Origin: Lama glama
Taxonomy: Eukaryota
Length of the DNA stretch: 64,000 nucleotides
Assembly: GCA_028534125.1 (NCBI GenBank)
Contig: CM052816.1
Span: 35,590,001 to 35,654,000 of the forward strand
Reading direction: 5' to 3'
Position numbers and translations under genes: made by a program. Under the pieces are notes generated by a model. It saw only the letters and a list, made by a program, of their open reading frames with translations. It was not told the DNA's origin and did no database searches. Every line of letters begins with the position of its first letter. Position 1 is the stretch's first letter. Below, piece by piece: positions 63,040 to 64,000 of the stretch.

Positions 63040-64000
63040 TATTTTAATTGCATCAATAATATATGAATACTTTGTCATTTAAAAATGTGTATGTCACAGA
63101 TAAAACTGAAATTCCTTTCAGCTCACACTCATCTTCTCTAGTGGAAAACACTGTGACAGATGTACTCCTTTCAGACCGTTTCTATGCATATTAGTATGAA
63201 TGTACCCATACAATAGTAACAATATTCTTTTGAGATTCATCTATATTGATATCTATAGCTCTAGCACATTCTTTTAACCCCTTTGTGAATCTCATAAAAT
63301 GAATCTGCCATGTTGTATTCATCTGTTCTCCTGGTAATGAGCATTAAGCTCTTTTTCACTTTTAACTATTACAAATTACTCACTGGACCTCCTTGTCTGC
63401 AGCAAAGCAATATATTTTGCTGGTTAAAAATCCCAGCTCTCGACTTAGTCGCTGTGGGACCTTGGAGGACTTACCTAAGCAATCTGAGCTTCCTTCTCCT
63501 CATCATAGAGTTGTTGTAAGGATTAGGTGAGTGTGTACATGAGGTGCTGAGTTACAGGCTCAGCACATAGCAAGCACTCCACAAAGTGTGCACTTATGAT
63601 CCAGCATGTCTGCATCCTGAGTTACACTCGTTTTCAGTTAAATTCATGTTTCCGAATTGCCCTCCACAGTGGCCGCACAGATTTATAACTCCCTCAACAG
63701 TATAAGAGTGATCATTTTCCTAATTCTCCCCAACACCTTGTGTTATCGAACCTTTGTATTTGCTCTTCTGCCCAATAAGAAACATCCTTTCAATGACATT
63801 TTAATTTGCATTTTCTCAATTAGTAGTGAAGATGAGTATTTTTACATATTTATCAGCCAGTTTGATTTCTTCTCTATTTGTAGCCATTGTTCATTTTTCT
63901 ACTTTTATAGACTTCTGTCAAGTTTTTTAAAATATATTCTTGATACCAATTCTTTGTTACATGCTGCAAATATTTTCTCTCCGTCTGCCACTTATTTACC
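63040..64000 (-). mobile_element. L1ME-like 3' region with nested MIR, running off the window
   Basis: tttgagattcatctatattgat...gaattgccctccacagtggcc...ttttaatttgcattttctcaattagtagtgaagatgagtatttttacatatttatcagcc...tgcaaatattttctc. Confidence 0.8.
63420..63600 (+). mobile_element. MIR nested in L1ME
   Basis: aatcccagctct...gctgtgggaccttggaggacttacctaa...atagagttgttgtaaggattag...cagcacatagcaagcactc. Confidence 0.75.

Overview
This is mammalian nuclear DNA, AT-rich, with no CpG island. It is almost certainly camelid (Camelus/Vicugna/Lama): two tRNA-derived Vic-1-type SINEs with target-site duplications and artiodactyl-type L1 3' ends are present. I recognise no protein-coding gene, RNA gene, CRISPR array or prokaryotic system, and the ORF track looks like chance ORFs, many inside repeats. 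The window is a mosaic of ancient repeats (MIR, L2, CR1/L3, L1M, MER5, MER58A, Tigger-type MITEs, LTR16, MLT1) and long repeat-free tracts rich in developmental transcription-factor motifs. Repeat orientation bias and several well-formed plus-strand splice-site pairs suggest it lies within large intron(s) of a plus-strand gene that I could not name. The best leads are an 18-nt candidate microexon (21580-21597) and a 28-nt plus 32-nt pair of small candidate exons. Also notable are a 102-nt candidate exon preceded by a TGCC cluster, an adjacent antisense two-exon structure, and several candidate enhancers. All family assignments come from recalled consensus sequences, repeat boundaries are approximate, and no database search was run.
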